A stretch of DNA of 64,000 nucleotides from Mobula birostris (taxonomy: Eukaryota): contig NC_092376.1 of assembly GCF_030028105.1 (NCBI RefSeq), positions 126,168,230 through 126,232,229 of the forward strand, in the 5' to 3' direction. How positions within the stretch are numbered: the first letter of the stretch is position 1; each line of letters opens with the position of its first letter. A model generated the notes under the pieces. The model was not told the DNA's origin and ran no database searches. It worked only from the letters and a program-made list of their open reading frames with translations. The translations under genes were made by a program, and so were the position numbers. Below are positions 50,238 to 62,620 of the stretch, piece by piece.

Positions 50238-52117
50238 AAAACAAAGGAAAACCTACAACACAATATAGGCCTTTCAGCCCACAAAGCTGTGCTGAACATT
50301 AATTTCTTTAGAAATTACCTCGGGTTATCCATAGCCCTCTATTTTTCTAAGCTCTGTGTACCTATCCAGGAGTCTTTTAAAAGATCCTATTGTATCTGCC
50401 TCCACTACCATCGCCTGCAGCCCATTCCATACACTCACCATTCTCTGTGTAAAAAAATTAGCCCTGACATATCCTCTGTACCTACTTCCAAACACTTAAA
50501 ACTGTGTCCTCTCGTGTTAATCATTTCACCCCTGGGAAAAAGCCTCTGACTATCCACACGATCAATGCCTCTCATCATCTTATACACTTCTGTCAGGTCA
50601 CATCTTATCCTCTGTCGCTCCAAGGAGAAAAGGCCAAGTTCACTCAACCTATTCTCATAAGGCTTGCTCACCAATCCAGGCAACATCCTTGTAAATCTCT
50701 GAACCCTTTCTATAGTTTCCACATCCTTCCTGTAGTGAGGTGACCAGAACTGAGCACAGTATTCCAAGTGGGGTCTGACCAGGGTCCTATATAGCTGTAA
50801 CTTTACCCTTCGGCTTTTGAACTCAATCCCACTGTTGATGAAGGCCAGTGCGCTGTATGCCTTCTTAACCACACAGTCAACCTGTGCAGCAGTTTTGAGT
50901 GTCCTATGGACTCGGACCCCAAGATCCCTCTGATCCTCCACACTGCCAAGACTTTTGCCATTAATACTGTATTCTGCCATCATATTTGACCTACCAAAAT
51001 GAACCACCTCACACTTATCTGATTTGAACTCCATCTGCCACTTCTCAGCACAGTTTTGCATCCTATCGATGTCCTGCTGTAACCTCTGACAGCCCTCTAC
51101 ACTATCCACAACACCCCCAACCTTTGTGTCATCAACAAATTTACTAACCCATCCCTCCACTTCTTCATCTAGGTCATTTATAAAACTCACAAAGAGAAGG
51201 GGTCCCAGAACAGATCCCTGAGGCACCCCACTGGTCACCAAGCTCCATGCAGAATATGACCCCTCTGCAACCACCTTCTGTGGGCAAGCCAGTTCTGGAT
51301 CCACAAAGCAAGGTCCCCTTGGATCCCATGCCTCCTTACTTTCTCAATAAGCCTTGCATGGGGTACCTTATCAAAAGTCTTGCTGAAATCCATATACACT
51401 ACATCTACTACTCTACCTTCATCAATGTGTTTAGTCATATCCTCAAAATATTCAATCAGGCTCGTAAGGTACAACCTGACCTTGACAAAGCCATGCTGAC
51501 TATTCCTAATCATATTATACCTCTCCAAATGTTCATAAATCCCGCCTCTCAGGATCCTCTCCACCTACCTACCTACTACTGCAGTAAGACTCACTGGCCT
51601 ATAATTTCCTGGGCTATCCCTACTCCCTTTCTTAAATGAGGGAACAACATCCGCAACCATCCAATCCTCTGGAACCTGTCCTGTCCTCATTGATGATGCA
51701 AAGATCATTGCCAGAGGCTCAGCAATCTCCTCCCCCACTTCCCACAGTAGCCTGGGGTACATCCTGTCTGGTCCCAGTGACTTATTCAACTTGATGCTTT
51801 CCAAAAGCTCCAGCACTTCTTCTTTCTTAATATCTACATTCTCAAGCTTCTCAGTCCGCTGTAAGTCACCCATACAATCGCCAAGATCCTTTTCCGTAGT
51901 GAATACTGAAGCAAAGTATTCATTAAGTACCTCCACTATTTCCTCCGGTTCCATACACACTTTTCCATTGTCACACTTGATTGGTCGTATTCTCTCATGT
52001 CTTATCATCTTGCTCTTCACATACTTGTAGAATGCCTTGGGGTTTTCCTTAATCCTGCGCACCAGGGCCTTCTCATGGCCCCTTCTGGCTCTTCTAATTT
52101 CATTCTTAAGCCCCTTC

Positions 52118-55100
52118 TGTAATGTATTGTGTGAGTATTCGTAGCATCAGAGTGCGTATGGCATCAGGACGTGGAAAAGGGTTTAAAAAAATGGAAGTCT
52201 GGTGAATAAAGGTTGGTTGTTCAATCTACACCGGTGTCCGAGTCACATCAATATTACATGGTGTCAGAAGAAAACGGGAAAAGTAAAAAGGAAGAGAAGA
52301 CCCATAAAAGATGTCACAGTTACAGCTCCCGTCAAGTTTAAGCCTACAAGGTAATCTTGCTGAGAACTGGAAAATATGAATCCAGAAGTTTGAGCTGTCT
52401 TGCACCGCTAGCGGCCTAGCTGAAAAGACGGAGAAAGTGCAATGTGCTACGTTTCTGCACGTAGCGGGAGAAGAGGCAATGAAGGTTTGCAACACGTTTG
52501 TCTTCCAAGATGATGAGCAAGAAAAAATTGAAGTGTTGATAAAAAAGTTTCAAGATTACTGCGAACAGAGAAAAAACCTACCGTACATCCGACACCAGTT
52601 TTTCACGAGGACTCAAGAACCAGCGGAGACCATAGACGCCTACGTAACAGATTTAAAGAGCAAGGTTGTGAGTTCGGACAACTGCATGATTCTTTAATAT
52701 GTGACAGGATTGTATGCGGCATACGAGATGATCAAGTGAGAGGCAGGCTATTGAGAGAGGCAGATCTTACATTAGAAAAGGCGATTGATGTTTGCCGTGC
52801 CAGTGAGATCACGTCGTCAGGTCAAAGTGCTCAATGAAGAGATTGAAGTGCACAAAGTAAAAACTGTGAAAACTGACAAGAATAGGACAAAGCCAGCTCC
52901 ACAGGATGATCAAAAGGAAGTTAATTGCAACAGGTGTGGTTATAAACATGGATACAGAAAATGTCCAGCCTTTGGTCAGACATGCAAGTTATGCCAGAAA
53001 AGAAATCACTTTGCAAAGATGTGCAGATCGAAGGAACACGCAAGGAAAATGCGTGCTGTGGAACAGAGTGAGGGCAACAGTGACATGTTCATTGGCACAG
53101 TTGAAGTGGAACAGGAGGTATGCATCAAGAATATTGACAATGCAGAGATGGAGGATGAAGATGATTGGACCCAAGATCTGATAATAAACAGGAGGAAAGT
53201 GACATTTAAGCTTGACACTGGGGCAAAGTGCAATATAATGTCAGCAGAAACATTCAACTCACTGGACATCAGAGGAAGACTGGAAAAGTCCACCTGCAAG
53301 CTTGTTGCATATTTCGGCCACAAGACAGCGCCACTGGGCAAAAAAGCACTCACCTGTGTGTACAAAGGTCAACAATACAAGATCGAGTTTGAAATAGTGC
53401 AGCAACATGTTTCAGCAATACTGGGCAAAGCAACATGCACAAAGCTAGGTCTGGTGAAGCGAATCTATGGTGTTGAAAAAGAAAATGACTTTCTCAAAGA
53501 CTTTGATGACTTGTTTTCTGGATTAGGATGTTTACCAGGGAAACATCATATCAAGATTGATCCAACTATTGCACCAGTCGTGCATGCCCCGAGAAAGATT
53601 CCAGTAGCTCTCAGGGATCGAGTAGTGGAGGAGCTACACAGAATGGAACAGATGGGAGTCATAACAAGACAAATAGAACCGGCCGACTGGGTGAATAGTA
53701 TGGTGACAGTGGTCACAAGAAAAAAGACAAGGATTTGCATGGATCCACAAGATCTCAACCAAGCCATCAAAAGAGAGCACTATCCGCTGCTCACGGTTGA
53801 AGAGGTTGTCTCCCACATGCCTAATGCAAAATACTTTTCAGTATTAGACGCAAATCAAGGCTTCTGGCAGATCAAGCTGGATGAAGAAAGTTCCAAATTA
53901 TGCACCTTCAACACGCCCATAGGGAGATAGCATTTCCTGCGTCTACCCTTTGGGATATCTTCTTCATCAGAGGTATTCCAGAGATCCGTGGCACAAATGA
54001 TTGAAGGCCTGGACGGGGTGGTCAACATCACTGATGATTTGTTGATATGGGGTGACACAATTAAGGAACATGATCAGAGACTGAGGAAACTCCTGGAGGG
54101 AGCACGTGAGTACAACCTAAAACTGAACAAAAGTAAATGTAAGATCAGAACTACGGAGATTAAATACATAGGTCATGTGCTCAGTGTTGATGGGCTAAAA
54201 CCAGATGATGAAAAGGTCAGAGCTGTGGTACAGCTACCACCACCCAAAGACAGGCAAGAACTATTGAGGTTCATGGGCATGATACAGTATCTTGCCAAAT
54301 TCATTCCCAATTTATCAGAGGTCAGCGCTCCACTCCGAAAGCTACTAGAGAGCAACATTGAATGGCATTGGGAAGACAAACAAAAGAAAAGTTTTGACAC
54401 ATTAAAGCAGTTGGTTACCAATGCACCAGTATTCAAGTTCTGTGATGTCAATAAACCAGTGACGATGTCTGCGGATGCCAGTTCAGAAGGAATAGGAGCT
54501 GTTATACTGCAGGATGGGAGGCCTGTGGCATATGGATCACGAGCACTTACGGATTGCCCACGCCGATATGCTCAAATCGAGAAGGAATTACTCGCCATAG
54601 TTTATGGATGTGAGAAGTTCCACCAATATGTATATGGCAAAGAAATCCAGGTTGAGAGTGATCACAAACCACTTGAGAACATCTTCTAAAAGCCACTCCA
54701 CCAAGCTCCTATGAGGCTGAAAAGGATGCTGCTCAGGCTACAGAGGTACACTCTCACAGTCACCCATAAGCCAGGAAAAGAACTGTATATCGCTGATGCT
54801 TTGAGCCGTGCTTACCTCAAAGAGCAAAAGGAAGAGTTGCTAGGAAGAGAGCTGGAGGTCAACTGGGTTACACCTCAGCTACCCATCTCTGAGGAGAAGT
54901 TGAACATGTTCAAGAAAGCAACTGCAGATGATCCTGAAATGCAAATGCTAAGAGACATTACAATGATTAGATGGCCAACAGAAAGAAAAGATGTTCCAAA
55001 GGAAATGCAGAAATACTGGACATTTAAAGAGGAAATCAGCTATGCATCAGAACTAATGTTCAAAACGGCAATACTCATCGTACCAAACCAAATGAGACAG

Positions 55101-56590
55101 GAAATGCTCAACAGAATTCATGAGTCACACCTGGGGATAGTGAAATGTAAAGAAAGAGCAAGGGACATTCTCTATTGGCCAGGCATGTCAAGTCAGATAG
55201 AAGACATTGTGTCTCAGTGTGCTGTCTGTAATGAAAACAAAAACAGCAATCCAAGAGAGCCTCTGCTTCCCCACCCACTACCAGGAAGACCATGGGAGAA
55301 GATTGGCACAGATCTCCTTCACTACAATGGTACAGAATATCTGCTTTGTGTGGACTACTATTCAAAATATTCGGAGATCACCAAGTTAAGTGACACGTCC
55401 AGTCGAGGTGTCATTACCGCAATGAAATCGACATTCGCAAGACATGGGATTCCTGATATCGTCATTAGTGACAATGGTCCACAAAATGCCAGTGGTGAGT
55501 TCAGAGGGTTCTCAGAAAGCTGGGAATTTCAACATGTTACTTCCAGTCCAGGGCATGCTCAGTCTAATGGACAAGCAGAGAGAACTGTACAAACTGTCAA
55601 GAACATGCTCAAGAAGGCACATAGCAGCAACGGTGACCCTTATATTGCTCTGCTTGAATACCGCAACACACCGATTGAGGGTGTGGGGTTCTCTCCTGCG
55701 CAGCTGTTGATGGGACGTCGTCTGAAGTCTAAACTGCCAACATCCACAACTCTACTGACTCCTGAAGGTAATGCTCAAGTACATGACAAGCAAAGGTACA
55801 AGCAAATAAAGCAAAAGAGCTACTATGACAGACATACTATACAGTTGCCAGATCTGCATACAGGTGAAAATGTCAGAATACAGAGAGGAGACACTTGGCA
55901 ACCAGCTGTGGTTGTGAACAGACATCAGCAACCAAGATCCTTCAGAGCTCGCACGCCGGATGGAAGAGTCTACAGGAGGAACAGGAAGCATCTGCTGAAG
56001 ACAGGCCAGAGTGAGTTTCCACGTACAGATGCACAGGACATTTCCACAGATACAGACATGGAAACAAACGACACCAAGAATGATGCAGACCACAAAAACA
56101 CAGAGGTCACTCGAGAGACTGACACGGATGAAGGTCAAGCACAGTCACAGTTGTATCATACACTGTCTGGGAGACAAGTCAAACTTCCAGCTAGAAACAG
56201 AGACTAGACATACAGTTTGAGGCAAAGTCACACATGTCATAAGTTCCAAGGTGTGAAATAAAAGGTTTATTAGTCTATGTTAGTAAAAGAAAATACACTG
56301 CTGTTAGTATTGTAAAATACAATGCAGAATACAGTACAAGGTAAGTTTTTTTTAGTTTATGTCATAGTTGTTCCACTGTAAGAAAGGCATACCTAGAGGC
56401 ATTGTTTTGGTAATTCACAGTGTTGTAAAAAAAATCTTGAGAAGGGGGATGTAATGTATTGTGTGAGTATTCATAGTATCAGAGTGTGTATGACGTCAGG
56501 ACGTGGAAAAGGGTTTAAAAAAATGGAAGTCTGGTGAATAAACGTTGGTTGTTCAATCTACACCGGTGTCCGAGTCACATCAATATTACA
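52118..56590 (+). mobile_element. Full-length Gypsy (Mag-like) LTR retrotransposon, 4473 bp
   Basis: LTRs 52118-52258 and 56450-56590 (TG...CA, 141 bp, 6 mismatches), TSD CCTTC, PBS TGGTGTCAGAAG at 52259, PPT gagaaggggga at 56439-56449. Confidence 0.97.
52311..56207 (+). pseudogene. gag-pol (two zinc knuckles, PR, RT, RH, IN) with stops and frameshifts
   Basis: CNRCGYKH..C..CKLCQKRNH..C, LDTGA, LDANQGFWQ, NITDD, DAS..G, YAQIEKE, H.SH..C..C, SDNGPQ, SNGQAER. Stops at ~52377, 53928 and 54687; frameshifts near 52660-52810. Confidence 0.93.
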
Positions 56591-58885
56591 CCTTCCTGCT
56601 AGCCTTATCATTTTCTAGATCTTTATCATTACCTAGTTTTTTGAACCTTTCGTAAGCTTTTCTTCTTGACCAGATTTTCAACTGCCTTTGTACACCACGG
56701 TTCCTGTACCCTACCATCCTTTCCCTGTCTCATTGGAACATACCTGTGCAGAACGCCACATAAATGTCCCCTGAACATTTGCCACATATCTGCAGTACAT
56801 TTCCCTGAGAACATCTTTTCCCAATTTATGCTTATAATTCCTGCTGATAGCTTCACATTTCCCCTAACTCCAATTAAACGCTTTCCTAACTTGTCTGTTC
56901 CTATTCCTCTCCAATGTTATGGTAAAGGAGCTAAAATTGTGATCACCATCTCCAAAATGCTCTCCCACATAGAGACCTGACACCTGACCAGGTTCATTTC
57001 CCAATACCAGGTCAAGAACAGCCTCTCTTCTTGTAAGCTTATCTACATATTGTGTCAGGAAACCTTCCTGAACACACCTAACAAACTCCACCCCACCTAA
57101 ACCCCTTGCTCTAGGGAGATGCCAATCAATATTGGGGAAATTAAAATCTCCCATAACAACCCTGTTATTAGTGCACCATTCCAGAACCTGTCTCCCTATC
57201 TGCTCCTCAATTTCCCTCTTACTATTGGGTGGTCTATAAAAAACACCCAGTAGAGTTATTGACACCTTCCTGTTTCTAACTTCCACCCACAGAGACTCAG
57301 TAGACAATCCCTTCATGACTTCCTCCATTTTTGCGGCTGTGACACTATCTCTGATCAACAATGCCATGCCCCCCTCCCTGTCCTTTCTGAAACATCTAAA
57401 GCCTGGCACTCTAAGTAGAAATTCCTGCCCCTGAGCCATCCAAGTCTCTGTAATGGCCACAACATCATAGCTTCAAGTACTGATCCACGCTCTAGGCTCA
57501 TCTGCTTTGTTCATGATACTCCTTGCATTAAAATAGACACATCTCAAACCATCGGTCTGAGCACATCCCTTCTCTATCAGCTGCCTATCCTTGCTCTCAC
57601 ACTGCCTACAAGCTTTCTCTATTTGTGAGCCAACAGCTCCTTCCTCTGTCTCTTCAGTTCAGTTCCCACCCCCCCCCCCAAGCAATTCTAGTTTGAACTC
57701 TCCCCAATAGCCTTAGCAAACCTCCCTGCCAGGATATTGGTCCCCTCTCGGATTCAAATGCAACCTATCTTTTTTGTACAGGTCACACCTGCCTCAAAAG
57801 AAGGCCCATGATCCAGAAATCTGAATCCCTGCCCCCAGCTCTAATCCCTCAGCCACGCATTTATCCTCCATCTCACTCTATTCCTATACTCACTGTCGCG
57901 AGCACAGGCAGTAATCCGGAGATGACTACCTTTGAGGTCCTGGTTCTCAATTTCTTTCCTAACTCCCTGTAGTCTGTTCTCAGGACCTCCTCCCTTTTCC
58001 TATCTATGTCATTGGTACCAATATGTACCACGACCTCTGGCTGTACACCTTCCCACTTCAGGATATTGTGGATTCAATCAGAAACATCCTGGACTCTGGC
58101 ACCTGGGAGGCAAACTACCATCATGTTTCTTTCCTGCGTCCACAGAATCGCCCATTTGACCCCCTAACCATAGAGTCCCCATCATTGCTGCCATCCTCTT
58201 CCTGTCCCTATCCTTCTGAGCCACAGGGCCAGACTCTGTGCCAAAAGCTTCCCCCAGGTAGGTCATTCCCCCACCCCAACCCCAACAGTACTCAAACAGG
58301 AGTACTTATTGTTAAGGGGGACAGCCACAGGGGTACTCCCTAGTATCTGACTCCTGCCCTTCCCTCTCCTGATTGTTACCCACTTATCTGTCTCCCAAGG
58401 CCCCGGCATGACTACTTGCCTATAGCTCCTCTCTATCACCTCCTCATTTTCCCTGACCAGACGAAGGTCATCGAGCTGCATCTCCAGTTCCCTAACCCAG
58501 TCCCTAAGGAGCTGCAGCTTGATGCACCTGGCGCAAATGTGGCCGTCCGAGAGACTGGGAGTCTCCTGGACATCCCACATCTGACAACCAGTACAGGCCA
58601 CCAGCCTCACAGACATACTTCCTGTTCCCATTCTTCACAGGTAACTTACCTTGCCTCGACCCGTTATAGCCGAAGCCCTGTTGAATCAAAGCCCTCTACT
58701 CTGTTGCCCGCTCTATAAAGCCGTCTTCTTTTTAAATTCTTCCTGCCGGTCTAACTCGCTGAGGTCCAGGCGCCTGCACAGTCGTGCCTCGATCAAACTG
58801 CTGAAGAAAGAACTCGCTTCTTTTAAATTCTTACCACCGGTCTAACGCTCTGACATCCATGCGCCTGCCCAGTCGTGCCTCAATC

Positions 58886-58993
58886 CGTCGACTGTACTCT
58901 TTCCATAGATGCTGTCTGGCCTGCTGAGTTCCTCCAGCATTTTGAGCGTGTTGCTTAGATTTCCAGCATCTGCGGATTTTCTCATTTGTGATT
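58886..58993 (+). mobile_element. Penelope-like terminus, right part
   Basis: cgtcgactgtactctttccatagatgctg...gagttcctccagcatttt...ttccagcatctgcgga. Confidence 0.85.
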
Positions 58994-60626
58994 GAATTCA
59001 AAAATTCAACAGCCATTGATCTAGGATTTGCACGCACATGTTCTGGAAAGTACAGTAACATAAGGAGGGACTCTCTCCATCACATCCTTGAAAAAAATCT
59101 TTAGTGTGGCAAATCATCAGCAGTAAGGTTATTTTATTCCTATTTTTATGAGACTGAGAAATTGTTGCATTGTCATTTATTGCCAACCATGGATTTTCCC
59201 ATCCGGAGTATTGGCACTAAATCTTTTTGAATGAAACCTTGCACTTGCTCTGTGTCTATACATTTTATTCCAACAGGAGTCAGTCCCTTCATTCCCTTCC
59301 CTAAGTGTGGAGGGGAAATAAAATCTGGCTAATTTTTCCACTGATTTTGCCACAAATGCTAAAGTCCCAAAATATTGTAAGTAAGGAAGAGCTTATGCTT
59401 TATCATATATCGTAGCAGGAAAAAAAATTTTCATGCTTTCAGACATAACAGTATTCTCTTCATTCAATAGAAATAAAGGTCTTTGCCACATTTAATCCAA
59501 AAAGAATAAAATTTTGCTAAGTAAATGTTAAGCATAGCTGAACAGTTCATATTTTTAAAACTGATGACCACATTGAATTATAGAACATTGATAATAGATG
59601 GCCCACAATGCTCAATTCCACATTGATCAGGGCGAGAGCATGAGAATTAAATATCTTTGCAGTAAAATTAGCTAGTTTGCCTAAGATAATAACCAGCCCA
59701 GCTGTCTCTCAAACAGCCTGTAGATGCACTTGTCACGTAAGGCCTCTGTGGTGCCCTCAACAGGATTATTGTTTGCCCCAGATCTATCCTATGTCAGCAC
59801 CTTACTCGAGAGACTACACAACAAAGTAGTCTTTCACATTTTGACTCACTTTTGTCCAAGAGAAATCACATGAGATTAGTTCACCATGAACTTTCTGGGC
59901 ATCAAGTTAAAGGGTGTTTATCCTTGCCTACAATTTGAATCACATGGTGCTCAAGAAAAATCACTCTTAACAATCTGATTTCAGTCTTATATGGAGTTCA
60001 TCATTCTACTGTTCTTTTCTGGATGAAGATGCCACTCTCACTTAAACAGAGCAGATATTTACTATTGGGATTCACACCAATGAGTCTGTGCTTTTATGCA
60101 GCAACCGGAAAATATGCAAAGACATCAGAAGTTCAGCACCAAGCATTTCATCTTGTGTTGACAACAATTTAAATTTAACTCCAGATATGTCACAAAAAAC
60201 ACTGAACAAGGACACCAAAATTCTCAATAAACTATGAATTAGAGGTCTTTCCTTAGAGTCAGAGTGATACGGTACATGAACAGGCAAAAGTTGAACAAGT
60301 TTCCCATCTAAGCTAGTCCCATCTGCCCATATTTGATTCATTTCACTCCAAACCTTTCCTATCCACGTACCTTCAGTGGGATGTAGCTTCCATCTCACTT
60401 ATCAGACTCTTGAACAGAACTTGTTTATGTTAAGATGGACTTTTGCCCTCACAAACTACCTTATTATGATCTTGCACTTTATTGATTTCCTGCACTGCCC
60501 TCTTTCAATTGTTTTTGCACTTTATTCTGCATTATTATTGTTTTACCTTATTTGAGCTCAATGCAATCTGTAATGGTTTCATCTGTAAAAAAATAGCATG
60601 CAAGACAAGTTTTTCCACCGTATCTT

Positions 60627-61768
60627 TCTTTTTTGAAGAATAAGTCTCATGATGCTCTGAACGCATCGGCGATGTAACCTGAGTGCATTGGGTGTTTCTT
60701 GTCTTTTAACATCAGACACCCTCACCCAAGCAACCCAGCCATGGTTGATCAAGCCACGACTTGTGTTCAGGTGGCATGTGCTGCAGCTCTCCATGGACCT
60801 GCTCTCTTTATCCAGAACCATCTTGAGGTTTGCTCTGCTGCCTCAGTGATGTTGCTGATGGCTCTCTGCCCTCTTGCACCAGTGTTGGCCAGTGTGCTGA
60901 AGACTCTCTAAAGAGACTGTTCAGCAAAGCCCCAGTAGCCCTCTTCAGTGGCATGCACTTTGCCTTCCACCCCTGCCTATGACAGTTGCTGACCAGTTCC
61001 TCACACCTGGCAAGCTACCTTTCATGGGGCTCCTCCAGACGGTCCTCCAGCAGTCTGACGTGTTTTTACTGCCTCTGAGACCAGGAGGATGTCTGGTCTC
61101 AAGGTGGTCTTGAAAAAATGCAATGGGAACTTTCAAAGAATCCCTGTGGGTGGTTTTACTCTTGCTTCTGGGTGTTCTCCAGCTCTCACAAAGGTGATGG
61201 CTCAATTGCAGGATTGAGCACGTTTGCTGTTACTGATTAAGAAGATTGCTTCTGTGAAGGGTCTTCAATACCTGGTCATGTCTCCAGCAGTATTGGTCCC
61301 TTCCAAGAGCTTTTGGGCAGCAGTTCAGGATGTGCTCCAAGGTTCCTCTCCCAGAACACAACAGACAGTCTGGGGCATCAACCTTCCCCCAACTATGGAT
61401 GGGCTGGGCAAAATGTCATACACTGCCTGGACAAGGAACTTAATTCGGTGTGGCTCTGCTCGCACGTCATTCTCCTTTCGATGGCCTTCTCCCACCTGGT
61501 CCAGGCTCCCTGCAGCTTCATGCCCACTGCTTCAGTGGATCTCACTTCATCCATGGCTGCTCTTCACTTCCTCCTGGGTAAGCTTATGCTTCTTCCTCCC
61601 CTCAGCTGTGTCATACCTGGGGAGTGGGAAACTTCCCAGGCTAGCTCTTTCACACGTCACCACTCCCACTAGGACATTGTGGGACAGCCGTGATTCAGCC
61701 TATTGCATGGCTTCTTATGCTCTATGCTTTCTACCGTTCTTCACAATGACCCCTGCCAGGGCCACCTA
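60627..61768 (-). mobile_element. HERO-type (R2 group, RLE) non-LTR retrotransposon 3' fragment
   Basis: Minus-strand relics AESRLSHNVLVG, QGAWTRWE, IKFLVQAVYDILPSP, CLLCSGRGTLEHILNCCP, WRHDQVL, EAAEQTSRWFW, followed by a 3' UTR. Confidence 0.8.
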
Positions 61769-61914
61769 CCTGCACAGCACTCTTTCAATAGCTGTTATAC
61801 TTCATTCTGCATTGCTATTGTTTTACCTCACTTGAGCTCAATGCAATGGATATGAAAATATAGTATGCAAGACGAGTTTTTCCACTGTATCTTAGTACAT
61901 GACAATAATAATCC

Positions 61915-62620
61915 AAGTGCAGCACCTTAAAAAATGTTGTTAATGTATCTGCCTCAACCACTTATTCTGGCAGCTCATTCCATATACTGACCATCCCCCA
62001 GTTTAAAAATTTGCTTCTCAGGTCCCTATTAAATCTCTCTCCTCTCAACTTAAGTCTATGCCCTCTCATTCTTGATACCCCAACCCTGGGGAAAGACTGT
62101 ACTTTCACCCTATCTATGCCCTCAATTTTATACACCCGTCATCCTCTATGATCCAGTGAAAGAAGCCATAACCTGCTCAACCTTTCTCTGTAACACAGGT
62201 CTGAGTTTCAGCAACCTTGTTGTAAATCTCCTCTGTACTCTTTCCAGCATAATGGAATCTTACAAGGTGGCCAAAACTGAACTTAATATGCCTTGAAAAT
62301 GTCTTGCACAATTGCAACACAAGATCTCAAATTCGATACTCAGTGCCCTGATTGATAAAGGCCAGCATGCTAAAAGTCTTCTTCACCACCCTGGCTACCT
62401 GCCACACTTTCTTCACTGATCCATGTCCAAAGTCCCTCGGCCCTATAACACTCCTCAGGACACTTATTGTTCACTATCCAAGTTCTACCATGAGTTGCCT
62501 TCCCAAAATGCACTTATCCAAATGAAAGTCCATTTGCCATTCCTCAGCCCACTTGTCCTGTTGATCAAGATACCTCTGTAAATCCAGATTAACATCATCA
62601 CTGTGAATGTCATATGTAAA
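61915..62620 (-). mobile_element. Degenerate CR1 fragment
   Basis: taatgtatctgcctcaaccac...ctggcagctcattcc and tccatttgccattcctcagcccac are reverse CR1 RT signatures. Confidence 0.7.

Larger units (their letters stand above)
50238..58885 (-). mobile_element. Apparently full-length CR1 LINE (~4.2 kb without the Gypsy): 5' UTR, ORF1 (Zn finger, coiled coil, SGNH esterase), ORF2 (APE plus RT); disabled
   Basis: ORF1: CTGCQMW..CARC, LRDWVRELEMQL, VVVHIGTND. ORF2: AITETW, YRPPNS, MGDFN, GDHN, YMDFSK, GVPQGS, FVDD. Confidence 0.93.

Noticed and set aside
49905-50549. 214-aa Pro/Leu/Ser-rich ORF
   Set aside because: Arises from the Penelope pyrimidine tract and the reversed CR1 tail.
60690-60725. 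Hammerhead ribozyme in the HERO 3' UTR
   Set aside because: GUC overlaps CUGAUG directly, stem I is missing, and the box is CUGAUGU, so it is not canonical.
61224-61835. 203-aa plus-strand ORF
   Set aside because: Antisense to the HERO relic and running into a repeat tail.
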